A DNA stretch of 64,000 nucleotides from Myxococcota bacterium (GTDB taxonomy: Bacteria; Myxococcota_A; Polyangia; Nannocystales; Nannocystaceae): contig JBCCHT010000020.1 of the NCBI GenBank assembly GCA_039028615.1, positions 149,307 through 213,306 on the forward strand. Reading direction: 5' to 3'. The translations under genes were made by a program, and so were the position numbers. Positions 7,940 through 16,624 of the stretch are shown here, one piece after another. The notes beneath the pieces were generated by a model. The model had not been told where the DNA came from. It did not search any database and was given only the letters and a program-made list of their open reading frames with translations. How positions within the stretch are numbered: the first letter of the stretch is position 1; each line of letters opens with the position of its first letter.

Positions 7940-10786
7940 GTGGTTTCGCGCCTCGGCGAGGGTGCGATGGGCATGGTCTATCTCGCCTACGATCCGCAGC
8001 TCGATCGCCGCGTCGCCCTGAAGGTCCTGCATCGCCGCGCGCGGTCCAAGCGAGCGACCAAAGAGCGTCAGCAGCGACTACGCCGCGAGGCGCAGGCGAT
8101 GGCCCAGCTCAACCACGGCAACGTCGTCACCGTGCACGACGTGGGCGTCGCGGACGGGCGCGTGTTCCTGGCCATGGACTACGTCGAGGGCAAGACCCTC
8201 CGCGACTGGCTCGAGGTGCGACGCCGCCCGTGGAACGAGGTGCTGCGGGTGCTCGTGTACGCCGCCCAGGGCCTGGCCGCCGCCCACGAAGCCGGGGTGA
8301 TCCACCGCGACTTCAAGCCCGAGAACGTCCTCGTCGGCGACGACGGAGCGGTCAAGGTCATGGACTTCGGCCTCGCTCGCCCGCGCGGCGACGAGCACTC
8401 GTCGGGCATCTCCGACGTGCGCGAAGACGACGACCCCGAGCTCGAGTCCAGCCCCTCTGCTCGCACCGCGGCCGGCGTCCCCGACGAGGTCGAAGAGGCC
8501 AACTCGCAGGGCTGGTGGAAGGGCGAGTCCGGGCTCATCTCCATCGACGGCTCCCCCGACCTGACGCAATCCGGCGACGTGCTCGGCACGCCCAGCTACA
8601 TGGCGCCCGAGCTGTTCGACGGCGGCGAGGCCGATGCCCGCAGCGACCAGTTCGCCCTGTGCGTCGCGATCTACGAGGGCCTGTACGGCGTGCGCCCCTT
8701 CGCGGGGGAGTCGATCGCCGCGCTCGCGTTCAACATGAACCGCAGCCGGCTCACCCCGCCGCCCAAGGACGCCCGGGTCCCCGCCTGGCTCGGCCGGCTC
8801 GTGCGACGCGGCCTGTCCCGTGACCCCGAAAAGCGCCACCCGTCGGTCCAGCACCTCATCGAAGCCTTGATCCAAGGCCGAGGCCGACGACGCGTACGCC
8901 AGACCGGGCTCGCCGCGGTCGGGGTCGTGCTCGCCGGGTGGGGCCTGACCTACGCCGTCACCCCCGACACCGTCCCCTGCCAGGGCGGCGAGGCCCGGGT
9001 GCAGCAGGTCTGGAACGAAGACCGCGCCGCCAAGATCATCGAAGCCGTGCAGGCCACCGGAGCCCCCTATGCCAGCGACGCCATCGATCGCGTCCGCCAG
9101 CGCATCGACGCCTACGCCAGCAGCTGGGTCGGCGTGTACACCGAGGTCTGCGAAGCCACCGCCATCCACGGCACCCAGTCCCCCGAAGAGCTCGACAAGC
9201 GCATCGCCTGCCTCGACGATCGGCTCGAAGAACTCGACGCCTTGCTCGAGGTCTTGAGCGAAGCCGACCGTCGCGTGCCCGAGCGCGCCGCCCAGGCGGC
9301 CAGTGGCCTCCGCGGACCCTCGATGTGCACCGAGGACGAGCTCGAGGAGCGCGCCTCCTCCAACAATCCCGAGCGCCAGCAGCAGCTCGATGCCATCGCC
9401 GGGCGGATGCTCCGGGCCGAAGCGCTCGCCCGAGCCGGCCGCTACGACGACGCCGTCGCTCTCGGCACCGAGATCGCGGCCGAAGCCGCGGGCCTGGGCG
9501 AGGCCTCCCTGCGCGTCGAGGCCCAGATCCAGCTCGGCATCGCCGAGGACATGGCCGGCGACTATGCCTCCGCCGCCGAGCACCTGCGCGACGCCTACTT
9601 CGTCGCCAAGGACGCCAGCCTCGACCTGCTCTCTGCTCAGGCTGCCGTCTCGCTCATCACCACCGAGGGCATCCACCTCGCGCACACCGAAGAGGGCCTC
9701 AGCTGGGCGCGCCATGCCGAAGCTGCCTTCGAGCGGGGCGACCCCGAGCCCGGCATGCGCAGCCGCTACCACCGGGCGCTCGGCTCCCTCTCCTTCCAGC
9801 GCTTCGATCTGGCCAAGGCCCGCGAGAACTACGAGCACGCGCTGGCCATCGACCGCGCCGAGCTCGGTGACGACCACGAAGAAGTCGCCTCCCTGCTCGC
9901 CCTCCTCGGCGCCGTGCAGGAGCAGTCCGGTCGTTCCGAGGACGCCATGGCCTCCTTCGACCGTGCCCTCGAGATCCACCGCAATGCCCTCGGCGCCGAG
10001 CATCCCCAGCTCGCCGTGCTGCACAACAACTACGCCGTCGTCCTCTTCGGTCGCCACGATCTCCCGGGTGCACAGACCCAGCTCGAGAAGGCGCTGGCCA
10101 TCTACCGCAAGTCCATGGGCGAGCACCCCGGCACCGCCACCTTCATGGACAACCTCGGCGGCCTCATGCTCCTGCAAGGCGAGCACGCCCGCGGCCAGGC
10201 CCTCATCGAAGAGGGTCTCGCCATGCGCGAGAAGGTCCTCGGCCCCGAGCACTACACCGTCGCCAACTCCGTCACCAACCTCGGCAACGCCCTCGAGCTG
10301 TCGCGTGACTTCGGCGGTGCCCGCCGCAACTACGAGCGGGCGCTGGCCATCCTCGAAAAGAGCGGCAACCCGGATACGCCCGCCGTGGCGCGGACGCTGT
10401 TCAACCTCGGGGCGCTCGCGCTGCGAGAAGGGGCGATCCAGCGGGGGTACGACCACTGCAAGCGATCGGTGGATATTGTCGAGAAGGTCGCGGGGCCCGA
10501 GCATCCCGAGATGGCGGGGCCGTTGGTGGGGCTGGGGTGGGCTCAGCTGGAGCTGCAGGAGAACGAAGAGGCACTGCTGACGCTCGAGCGGGCGTATGCG
10601 CTGCGGGAGCATGGACAGGCGGATGCGCCTGCCTTGGCGGCGTTGTTGTTGGCGCAGGCGCTGGATCAGACCGGTGGGGACGGGGATCGGGCGAAGCGGC
10701 TGCGGAGTGAAGCGAGGCGGCTGTATCGGAAGTTGCCGAATCAGATTCCCGAGCGTTTGGAAGGCTGGCTCCGCGGGCCCGGGTAG
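7940..10786 (+). CDS. Ser/Thr protein kinase with TM segment and C-terminal TPR repeats (start probably upstream, see findings)
   Basis: LGEGAMGMVY, VALK, HRDFKPEN, DFG, GTPSYMAPE; kinesin-light-chain-type TPRs (LGAEHP..A...NN). Confidence 0.93.
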   Translation: MVSRLGEGAMGMVYLAYDPQLDRRVALKVLHRRARSKRATKERQQRLRREAQAMAQLNHGNVVTVHDVGVADGRVFLAMDYVEGKTLRDWLEVRRRPWNEVLRVLVYAAQGLAAAHEAGVIHRDFKPENVLVGDDGAVKVMDFGLARPRGDEHSSGISDVREDDDPELESSPSARTAAGVPDEVEEANSQGWWKGESGLISIDGSPDLTQSGDVLGTPSYMAPELFDGGEADARSDQFALCVAIYEGLYGVRPFAGESIAALAFNMNRSRLTPPPKDARVPAWLGRLVRRGLSRDPEKRHPSVQHLIEALIQGRGRRRVRQTGLAAVGVVLAGWGLTYAVTPDTVPCQGGEARVQQVWNEDRAAKIIEAVQATGAPYASDAIDRVRQRIDAYASSWVGVYTEVCEATAIHGTQSPEELDKRIACLDDRLEELDALLEVLSEADRRVPERAAQAASGLRGPSMCTEDELEERASSNNPERQQQLDAIAGRMLRAEALARAGRYDDAVALGTEIAAEAAGLGEASLRVEAQIQLGIAEDMAGDYASAAEHLRDAYFVAKDASLDLLSAQAAVSLITTEGIHLAHTEEGLSWARHAEAAFERGDPEPGMRSRYHRALGSLSFQRFDLAKARENYEHALAIDRAELGDDHEEVASLLALLGAVQEQSGRSEDAMASFDRALEIHRNALGAEHPQLAVLHNNYAVVLFGRHDLPGAQTQLEKALAIYRKSMGEHPGTATFMDNLGGLMLLQGEHARGQALIEEGLAMREKVLGPEHYTVANSVTNLGNALELSRDFGGARRNYERALAILEKSGNPDTPAVARTLFNLGALALREGAIQRGYDHCKRSVDIVEKVAGPEHPEMAGPLVGLGWAQLELQENEEALLTLERAYALREHGQADAPALAALLLAQALDQTGGDGDRAKRLRSEARRLYRKLPNQIPERLEGWLRGPG

Positions 10787-10875
10787 GTCGGTCGCTGCGA
10801 ACTCGCGAAGAATCGAATGCGCCGCAGAAATTAAATTCTGACGGTTCGGTGCCGAATTGCCACTAGCTGTTCAGC

Positions 10876-12003
10876 ATGGCACCGGATACCGCAGCAGCCG
10901 ACCTCCAGAACAGTGATGGACCCCAACCGACGTTGCCAACCGAGGGCGAGCGAGACCTCATCCTAGGCTCGGTCCGGCAATCGGTCGGACTCTTCATCGA
11001 TGATCGATTCGTCATTGATCACCCGACCGAAAATGGAGCCCTCGCGATTCACGAAAGTCGCATCAAAGATGGCCGACTGACGCCAGCAACGAAGCTCGAC
11101 CTTCCCGGGGATGAGCACTCGATAAGCCGAAGCACCGGAGTGCTCGTAGACAACGGGCTCGGCCATCGGATCGTAACCGCGGCTCACAATCTCCCAACGA
11201 GCCTCGGCGCGTTGATGAGGGCTCGCTTCATCACCGGACTGCATCCCATCGACGGCTCCTTCGATGGTAGCCAGGTGTTCTTTCCTAGAGGCCTGAGACA
11301 CTTCGAAGAGTCGAACGATAGAGATCTTCTCATCACGACAGCAGAGTCCCTTCGCCCGAGTTCGGTCGCCGCTCCCGCATTCCCAGACGCTCTATTCGAC
11401 TTCCACACCAGCCACCCGATGGAAGTATTCGTCGTCGGATACCCGGAGGGACGGGAACTGAGCATTTTCAAAGGGATCGTCACATCGACGATTCCGGCTC
11501 AGGCCTCAGCAACCCAAGCTCGAGGAATCAACATCCACGCGGCAGGCTTGCTTCCTGGTCTATCCGGAGCGCCAGTCTTCACGTTGAGAGATGGCCAACC
11601 TCAGCTTCTGGCTATCGTACAAGGCAAAGGAGTACGTCAAAAGTGGTTCCGACGACGCCTCATCGAGATCTCCAACATCGACGAAAACGACACCAACGAG
11701 GTGAAGCGTTTCATGGATACCATCGTCGACGCGCTAGTCACCACCGAAGCCATCGTGGAGCACAACCACCAACCGGCTGCGATCTCTCGCATGTTCACAT
11801 CGGTATTCGAGCCCTCGGTAGTCACATACGGATTCCTAGAAAACTACGACGACAATCTGCTTCAACAACTTCTCATTCGCAACTTTCAAGACGAGACGGC
11901 AAGTGAGGTCGTTGAATTATTCAGCTCGGAGACTCCCGTCGAAGAAGCGGGAAAATTTCTGGCGGCGACGCTGCTCCGCGGAATCTTCTCCACGAACATC
12001 TAA
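10876..12003 (+). CDS. Trypsin-like serine protease without signal peptide, with helical C-terminal extension
   Basis: VTAAH, DLLI, VVGYPEG, PGLSGAPVF give an intact H-D-S triad; lower GC than flanks. Confidence 0.8.
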   Translation: MAPDTAAADLQNSDGPQPTLPTEGERDLILGSVRQSVGLFIDDRFVIDHPTENGALAIHESRIKDGRLTPATKLDLPGDEHSISRSTGVLVDNGLGHRIVTAAHNLPTSLGALMRARFITGLHPIDGSFDGSQVFFPRGLRHFEESNDRDLLITTAESLRPSSVAAPAFPDALFDFHTSHPMEVFVVGYPEGRELSIFKGIVTSTIPAQASATQARGINIHAAGLLPGLSGAPVFTLRDGQPQLLAIVQGKGVRQKWFRRRLIEISNIDENDTNEVKRFMDTIVDALVTTEAIVEHNHQPAAISRMFTSVFEPSVVTYGFLENYDDNLLQQLLIRNFQDETASEVVELFSSETPVEEAGKFLAATLLRGIFSTNI

Positions 12004-12051
12004 CCAAGAAGACACTCTGTCTCAGCCACGCAACAAGAGAAAAGAAAGACA

Positions 12052-12444
12052 ATGGCCACCACGACGAAAATCATCAACCAGTCCACCGTAATCGACACAA
12101 TCAGCACTCCATCTGTCAATCTCGTATACGACGGAAAGCTCAAGTACAATCACAACGGCGTACTCAAGATCGTCGATGAGATCGACACCGAAGATGATGT
12201 TGACGGAACCTTCACAGTCGCGATCGCGAATGGCTCCAACCACAAAATCAGAAAAAGCACTCAAGTCTATACTCTCTCGGGCCCGATGGATGATCAGACA
12301 CGGTGGTTCTACAACGGTGCAAACGATACGCTGACGTTCCAAGCCACGTATATGGCGCTCGACGGAGACAAGCTCGTGTGGGATACCGAGAACTCGGACC
12401 AGCCGCCGTTCAGGCTCCGCGTGGTCGTCCGTCGCGTGGGATGA
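12052..12444 (+). CDS. Hypothetical beta-rich protein, probably co-transcribed with the protease
   Basis: Purine-rich leader before ATG; natural composition; same low-GC tract. Confidence 0.7.
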   Translation: MATTTKIINQSTVIDTISTPSVNLVYDGKLKYNHNGVLKIVDEIDTEDDVDGTFTVAIANGSNHKIRKSTQVYTLSGPMDDQTRWFYNGANDTLTFQATYMALDGDKLVWDTENSDQPPFRLRVVVRRVG

Positions 12445-12497
12445 GCCAAAGCACACGACCGCAGGGGCGCGCTCGGTTTGCGAGTGGGTCCCTGTTT

Positions 12498-13874
12498 CTA
12501 TTTGGGCTGCCGTACCGCGCCGACAAGTGAGCGCCAGTGCAGCCCGAGCGCGCCAGCGCGAGCCACATACATGCTCAGCAGCGCAATCCAAACCCCGGTG
12601 TTCCCGAACCGCGGCGCGAGCGTGAAGTCGATCGCGACGTAGATCCCCATCGCCAGCACCGCGGCATTGCGCAACGCCCTGCCCTGCGTGGCCCCGAGAA
12701 ACGCTCCATCGAGCTGCCACGCAGGCACACCAATCACGGGAACCAGCACACAATACGGCAGAAACTCCTGCGCCACCGCCCGCGCCTCAGCATCGCTCAC
12801 CAACCCGTCGATGATCGCAGGCCCGGAAACCACGAACACCACCGAGAACGCCACACCAAACCCAAACGCGAGCTGCGTCGTGGTCGTCATCGCCCCGCGA
12901 AAGCGCTCGAGGCTCCGCATCCCCACCGCTTCGCCGATCTCCTTTTCGGCAACGAAGGCAAACGCGTCGAGCACGAACGCAGAGACGGAGATGAACTGCA
13001 GTAGGATCTCGTTGCCCGCCAGCGCGGCGGTCCCCGCCTGCGCGCCCGAGTTGACGAACCACGCGAACGAAAACAGCAGCGCGAGGGTCCGCACCAAGAT
13101 GTCTCGGTTCGCGGCGAACAACGCCACGAGCGCGCCGCGGTCGAACAGCTGCTCGGGCCAGCCGAGGCTGCGGCGAACCAGCACCAAGCCGAAGCCGAGC
13201 GAGATCCACTCCGCCATCGCAGTCCCGGCACCGATCCCCGCCGGCCCCCAGTGCAGCACCCCGGCGAACCAAGCATCGAGCCCGGCGTTCGATGCATTGA
13301 GCACGATCTGAAACGCGAGCAGCTGCCTCGTTCGACCGGTCCCCAGCAACCATCCGGTCACCGCGTAGCCCATCAACGCCGCGGGGGCTCCCCAGATCCG
13401 CGCACGAACGTATCCACGCGCGAGCGTCTCGACATCGGCGGCGGCATCGAAGGACGCCATGGCCACGGACTCGAGCGGTCTCGCAGCGGCGACGATCACC
13501 ACGCCGAGCACGGCACCGGTCAGCAGCGCTCGCATGAGATGGGCCCGCACGGCGATGGCATCGCCTGCGCCCTGAGCCTGCGCGACCAAGCCGGTGGTCG
13601 ACATACGGAGGAAACCGAAGGCCCAGTAGATGAACGAGAACGAGACGGCAGCGACGCCCACGGCGGCGAGGTCGACCTTGCCGCCCACGCGACCCATGAC
13701 GGCGGTATCGACGACGCTGGTCATCGCGGTGGCCACCTGCGCGAGCACGACGGGCCACGCGAGGGCGAGCACGCGCCCGTGGGTCAACGCGAGGGGAGAC
13801 GACGAGGCGGCGTCCGAGGCACTGGAGCTCGGCTCGGAGGCGGAGCGATCGGGCGGTGGGGAGTCGGGAGGCAT
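12498..13874 (-). CDS. dinF: MATE family efflux transporter (DinF-like)
   Basis: LAWPVVL...VDTAVMG, FGFLRMSTTGLVAQAQG, NRDILVRT, LDAFAF, WQLDGAFLGAT. Confidence 0.9.
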   Translation of the reverse strand: MPPDSPPPDRSASEPSSSASDAASSSPLALTHGRVLALAWPVVLAQVATAMTSVVDTAVMGRVGGKVDLAAVGVAAVSFSFIYWAFGFLRMSTTGLVAQAQGAGDAIAVRAHLMRALLTGAVLGVVIVAAARPLESVAMASFDAAADVETLARGYVRARIWGAPAALMGYAVTGWLLGTGRTRQLLAFQIVLNASNAGLDAWFAGVLHWGPAGIGAGTAMAEWISLGFGLVLVRRSLGWPEQLFDRGALVALFAANRDILVRTLALLFSFAWFVNSGAQAGTAALAGNEILLQFISVSAFVLDAFAFVAEKEIGEAVGMRSLERFRGAMTTTTQLAFGFGVAFSVVFVVSGPAIIDGLVSDAEARAVAQEFLPYCVLVPVIGVPAWQLDGAFLGATQGRALRNAAVLAMGIYVAIDFTLAPRFGNTGVWIALLSMYVARAGALGLHWRSLVGAVRQPK

Positions 13875-14177
13875 GCCGGCGTCGCGGCGGTGACATACGA
13901 CGACGCGCGCTCGCGGTCACCTTCTGCGACGGTGTGCCCCGCGGGCCTCGGTGTCGCGAAAACAAAGACCTCGACCCACGAGCATCACACTGTGGTCGGC
14001 GTAAGGCGGTGGTCGTCGGGGTGGGCCCGGTGCCCACCGAACTTTGGCCCACTCGTGATCTGTCCCGGGTCGGACCGTGGATAGACGTTGAAATCAGTAC
14101 GAAGGCATGGTTGGCTCATTCACGTATTGAGCACCGGATCCTTCGCCCAGGTGGCCGACGATCGCTGTTTGTCCAAC

Positions 14178-14549
14178 ATGAGTTCCAGCGACGAAGGCGA
14201 ACCCGGACCGACTCGTGAGGCGCGAGACAGGCGGCGATTCCCTCGCATCCAGCTCCGCACCACGGTGAAGCTGCACTTTCGTAGCGCTGATGCCGCGATC
14301 GAGAGCAGCACGGTGGACATCAGCGAAGGCGGCGTGTTCATCCGCATGTCGAGACCCCGCGCCGAGGGCACGGGCATCCTGCTCCACCTTCAGCTCGGCG
14401 ACGACCTGCTGGAGATCGGCGGCGTGGTCGTTCGCAGCATCCGTCCGGGCGAAGGCGAAACGCCCGGGATCGGCGTGCTGTTCACGGACATCGAGCCCAA
14501 AGACCTCGAGTACGTGCAGGCGTTGGTGCGGTCATCGCTGGGCGTCTGA
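14178..14549 (+). CDS. PilZ domain protein (myxobacterial TIGR02266-like)
   Basis: RRRFPR and DISEGGVFI c-di-GMP-binding motifs, GIGVLF. Confidence 0.88.
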   Translation: MSSSDEGEPGPTREARDRRRFPRIQLRTTVKLHFRSADAAIESSTVDISEGGVFIRMSRPRAEGTGILLHLQLGDDLLEIGGVVVRSIRPGEGETPGIGVLFTDIEPKDLEYVQALVRSSLGV

Positions 14550-14679
14550 CCGCGGTTTTTGCAGACGGCGACCGTCAAGCGGACTCGAATGTTCCGTGCT
14601 CGTGGCCAGGACGGTCATTGAGAAAGGTTTAGTAGGGCTTTCCGAGCGGGGCACTTCGCGGTAACTCCAGTGACGATCG

Positions 14680-15393
14680 ATGCCCGACGACGCTCGCTAC
14701 CCGTTCATCCCCTACCAGCCCGAACGCGTCTCCGACGAAGAGGCACTCGAGCGCGGCCGCAAGTTCTACGAGCGAATGGACGCTCGACGGAGCGTGCGGC
14801 ACTTCAGCGATGAGCCGGTCCCGCGCGAGGCGATCGAGACGGCGATCCGCACCGCCTCCACGGCGCCCTCGGGCGCGCACCAGCAGCCGTGGCGCTTCGT
14901 GGTCGTCGACGATGCGGAGATCAAAAAGCAGATCCGCATCGCGGCCGAGAAGGAAGAGCACCAGAGCTACGAGGGGGGCCGAATGTCCGAGGAGTGGCGC
15001 CGCGCGCTGGCGCCCCTGGGCACCGACTGGCACAAGCCCTACCTCGAGACGGTGCCGTATATCGTGGTGGTCTTCGAGCAGACCCACGGCTACTTCCCCG
15101 ACGGGACCCATCGCAAGCACTACTACGTGCGCGAGAGCGTGGGCCTGGCGTGCGGCTTGTTCATCGCCTCGCTGCACCAGATGGGGCTATCGACGCTGAC
15201 CCACACGCCGAGCCCGATGGGCTTTTTGCGAGACATCCTCGGTCGGCCCAAGAACGAGCGCCCCTTCATCCTGTTTCCCATCGGATACCCGGCCGACAAC
15301 GCAGAGGTGCCCGACATCCAGCGCAAGCCGCTGGACGAGGTCATGCTCTGGAACCCGACCTCGGCGACGCAGGACGATCCGAAGCAGAGCTGA
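14680..15393 (+). CDS. Nitroreductase family, iodotyrosine deiodinase-like
   Basis: RRSVRHFS, TAPSGAHQQPW, lid EKEEHQSY...WHKPYL, TLTHTPSPMGFL. Confidence 0.88.
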   Translation: MPDDARYPFIPYQPERVSDEEALERGRKFYERMDARRSVRHFSDEPVPREAIETAIRTASTAPSGAHQQPWRFVVVDDAEIKKQIRIAAEKEEHQSYEGGRMSEEWRRALAPLGTDWHKPYLETVPYIVVVFEQTHGYFPDGTHRKHYYVRESVGLACGLFIASLHQMGLSTLTHTPSPMGFLRDILGRPKNERPFILFPIGYPADNAEVPDIQRKPLDEVMLWNPTSATQDDPKQS

Positions 15394-15432
15394 GCGCCGC
15401 GAGGCGTCTTCGACCGCGCTCGAGCGTCGGGC

Positions 15433-15825
15433 TCAGACGCGGCTGGGGGTGCGGCGAGGCGAGAGGCGACGCGCCAGGGTCTGAATCGACGCGCCCGCCA
15501 GCACGGTGCTGCTGCACCAGAACAACAGGTCGGCGACGAACCCGGCACGGAGGATGGTGAGCGAGGTACGGCCGCCATCCCCCATGGTGTCGTAGCCCGT
15601 GCGTACGATCGGCAGAGGAGCGCCGTAGCGAACCTGGTGGAGCTCGGGGGCGTACGACGACAAGAGCAAGGTCGCGAAGGTCACCACGATCCCGAGCAAG
15701 ATCAGCTTGGCCGCGCGACGGCTGCGCAACACGCCGGAGACCACCAATAGCGTGGCGGCCGGCATGGCGAAGGTCAGCCAGTGCAGCAGGTGCGCCCCGC
15801 GGATGGTGGTGTGGACCAGCTCCAT
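15433..15825 (-). CDS. Hypothetical membrane protein
   Basis: GGAG RBS; three hydrophobic segments; YGAPLP...ADLLFW. Confidence 0.6.
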   Translation of the reverse strand: MELVHTTIRGAHLLHWLTFAMPAATLLVVSGVLRSRRAAKLILLGIVVTFATLLLSSYAPELHQVRYGAPLPIVRTGYDTMGDGGRTSLTILRAGFVADLLFWCSSTVLAGASIQTLARRLSPRRTPSRV

Positions 15826-15936
15826 CGTCCGTCTCCCATACGGACGACGGGCGCGTCGCATTTCAACTCGGCCGGAACGAGGCAAAAACCCTGGAGCCGG
15901 CATCCGTACGACGCCCGCCGCGGTCGCGACGAGAAC

Positions 15937-16401
15937 TCAGGGCCGCGCGCGCTGGAGCGGCATGGTGAGGATCTTCTGCAGCTCGGGGTGCCCGAGGCTC
16001 GAGGTCGGGCGGTGATGCTCGCCCGCCAACGCGAGCCTCATCGCGGCCATCCGCTCGATCATCGGCTTGTGGTCGACCGGCGGTACGTCGAGGAAGACCA
16101 GGGGCTCGACCAAGTCGTCGGGGGTGAAGGCTTTGATGCCCAGGCCCGCCCAGTGAAGCGCGGTCACCATGGCGCATGCGACCCGTGACGAGGTCACGAC
16201 CGCACACCGCATGTTGAACTGGGTGACCATCTTGCGCTGCGTTGCGTTCGGCCCGACGCCGTCGGTCAGTACACACGCACCGATGCCACCACTTTCTTGG
16301 AGCTGACGAATCTCCTCGACGTAGTCCGCCCACTCCTGGGGTCGAGGCGGCTCAGCACCATGGACGAGAATCGCCCATCGCTGATACCGCTCGAACAGCA
16401 T
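15937..16401 (-). CDS. Hypothetical protein, myxobacterial STAS/SEC14-like family
   Basis: WADYVE...VLTDGVGPNATQRK...AVVTSSRVA...VTALHW...IKAF pattern. Confidence 0.65.
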   Translation of the reverse strand: MLFERYQRWAILVHGAEPPRPQEWADYVEEIRQLQESGGIGACVLTDGVGPNATQRKMVTQFNMRCAVVTSSRVACAMVTALHWAGLGIKAFTPDDLVEPLVFLDVPPVDHKPMIERMAAMRLALAGEHHRPTSSLGHPELQKILTMPLQRARP

Positions 16402-16624
16402 CGTCGGGTTCGTCACCAAAAGTAACTGTAATCAGGAAAACATCCTTGGATCGAGCCATTGAAGTGTGCACGCTCACTCTTTGTTCGATTTCATCCCTAA
16501 TCCTCGTTCCAAGGGCTCGAGGAGGGCATTGGGCGATAGCGCGCTTCGCTCAGATATCTAATTCGAGCGGTCCGAGCCGCTGATCCTGAAGCAAGACAAA
16601 CGATGTTCGCGGTCCACGCAGCTC

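Noticed and set aside
7507..7974. N-terminal extension of the enoyl-CoA hydratase in the ORF track (likewise those of 16625-20752 and 25321-26832)
   Set aside because: Extensions are Arg/Pro-rich non-homologous sequence; better starts with TAnnnT boxes lie downstream
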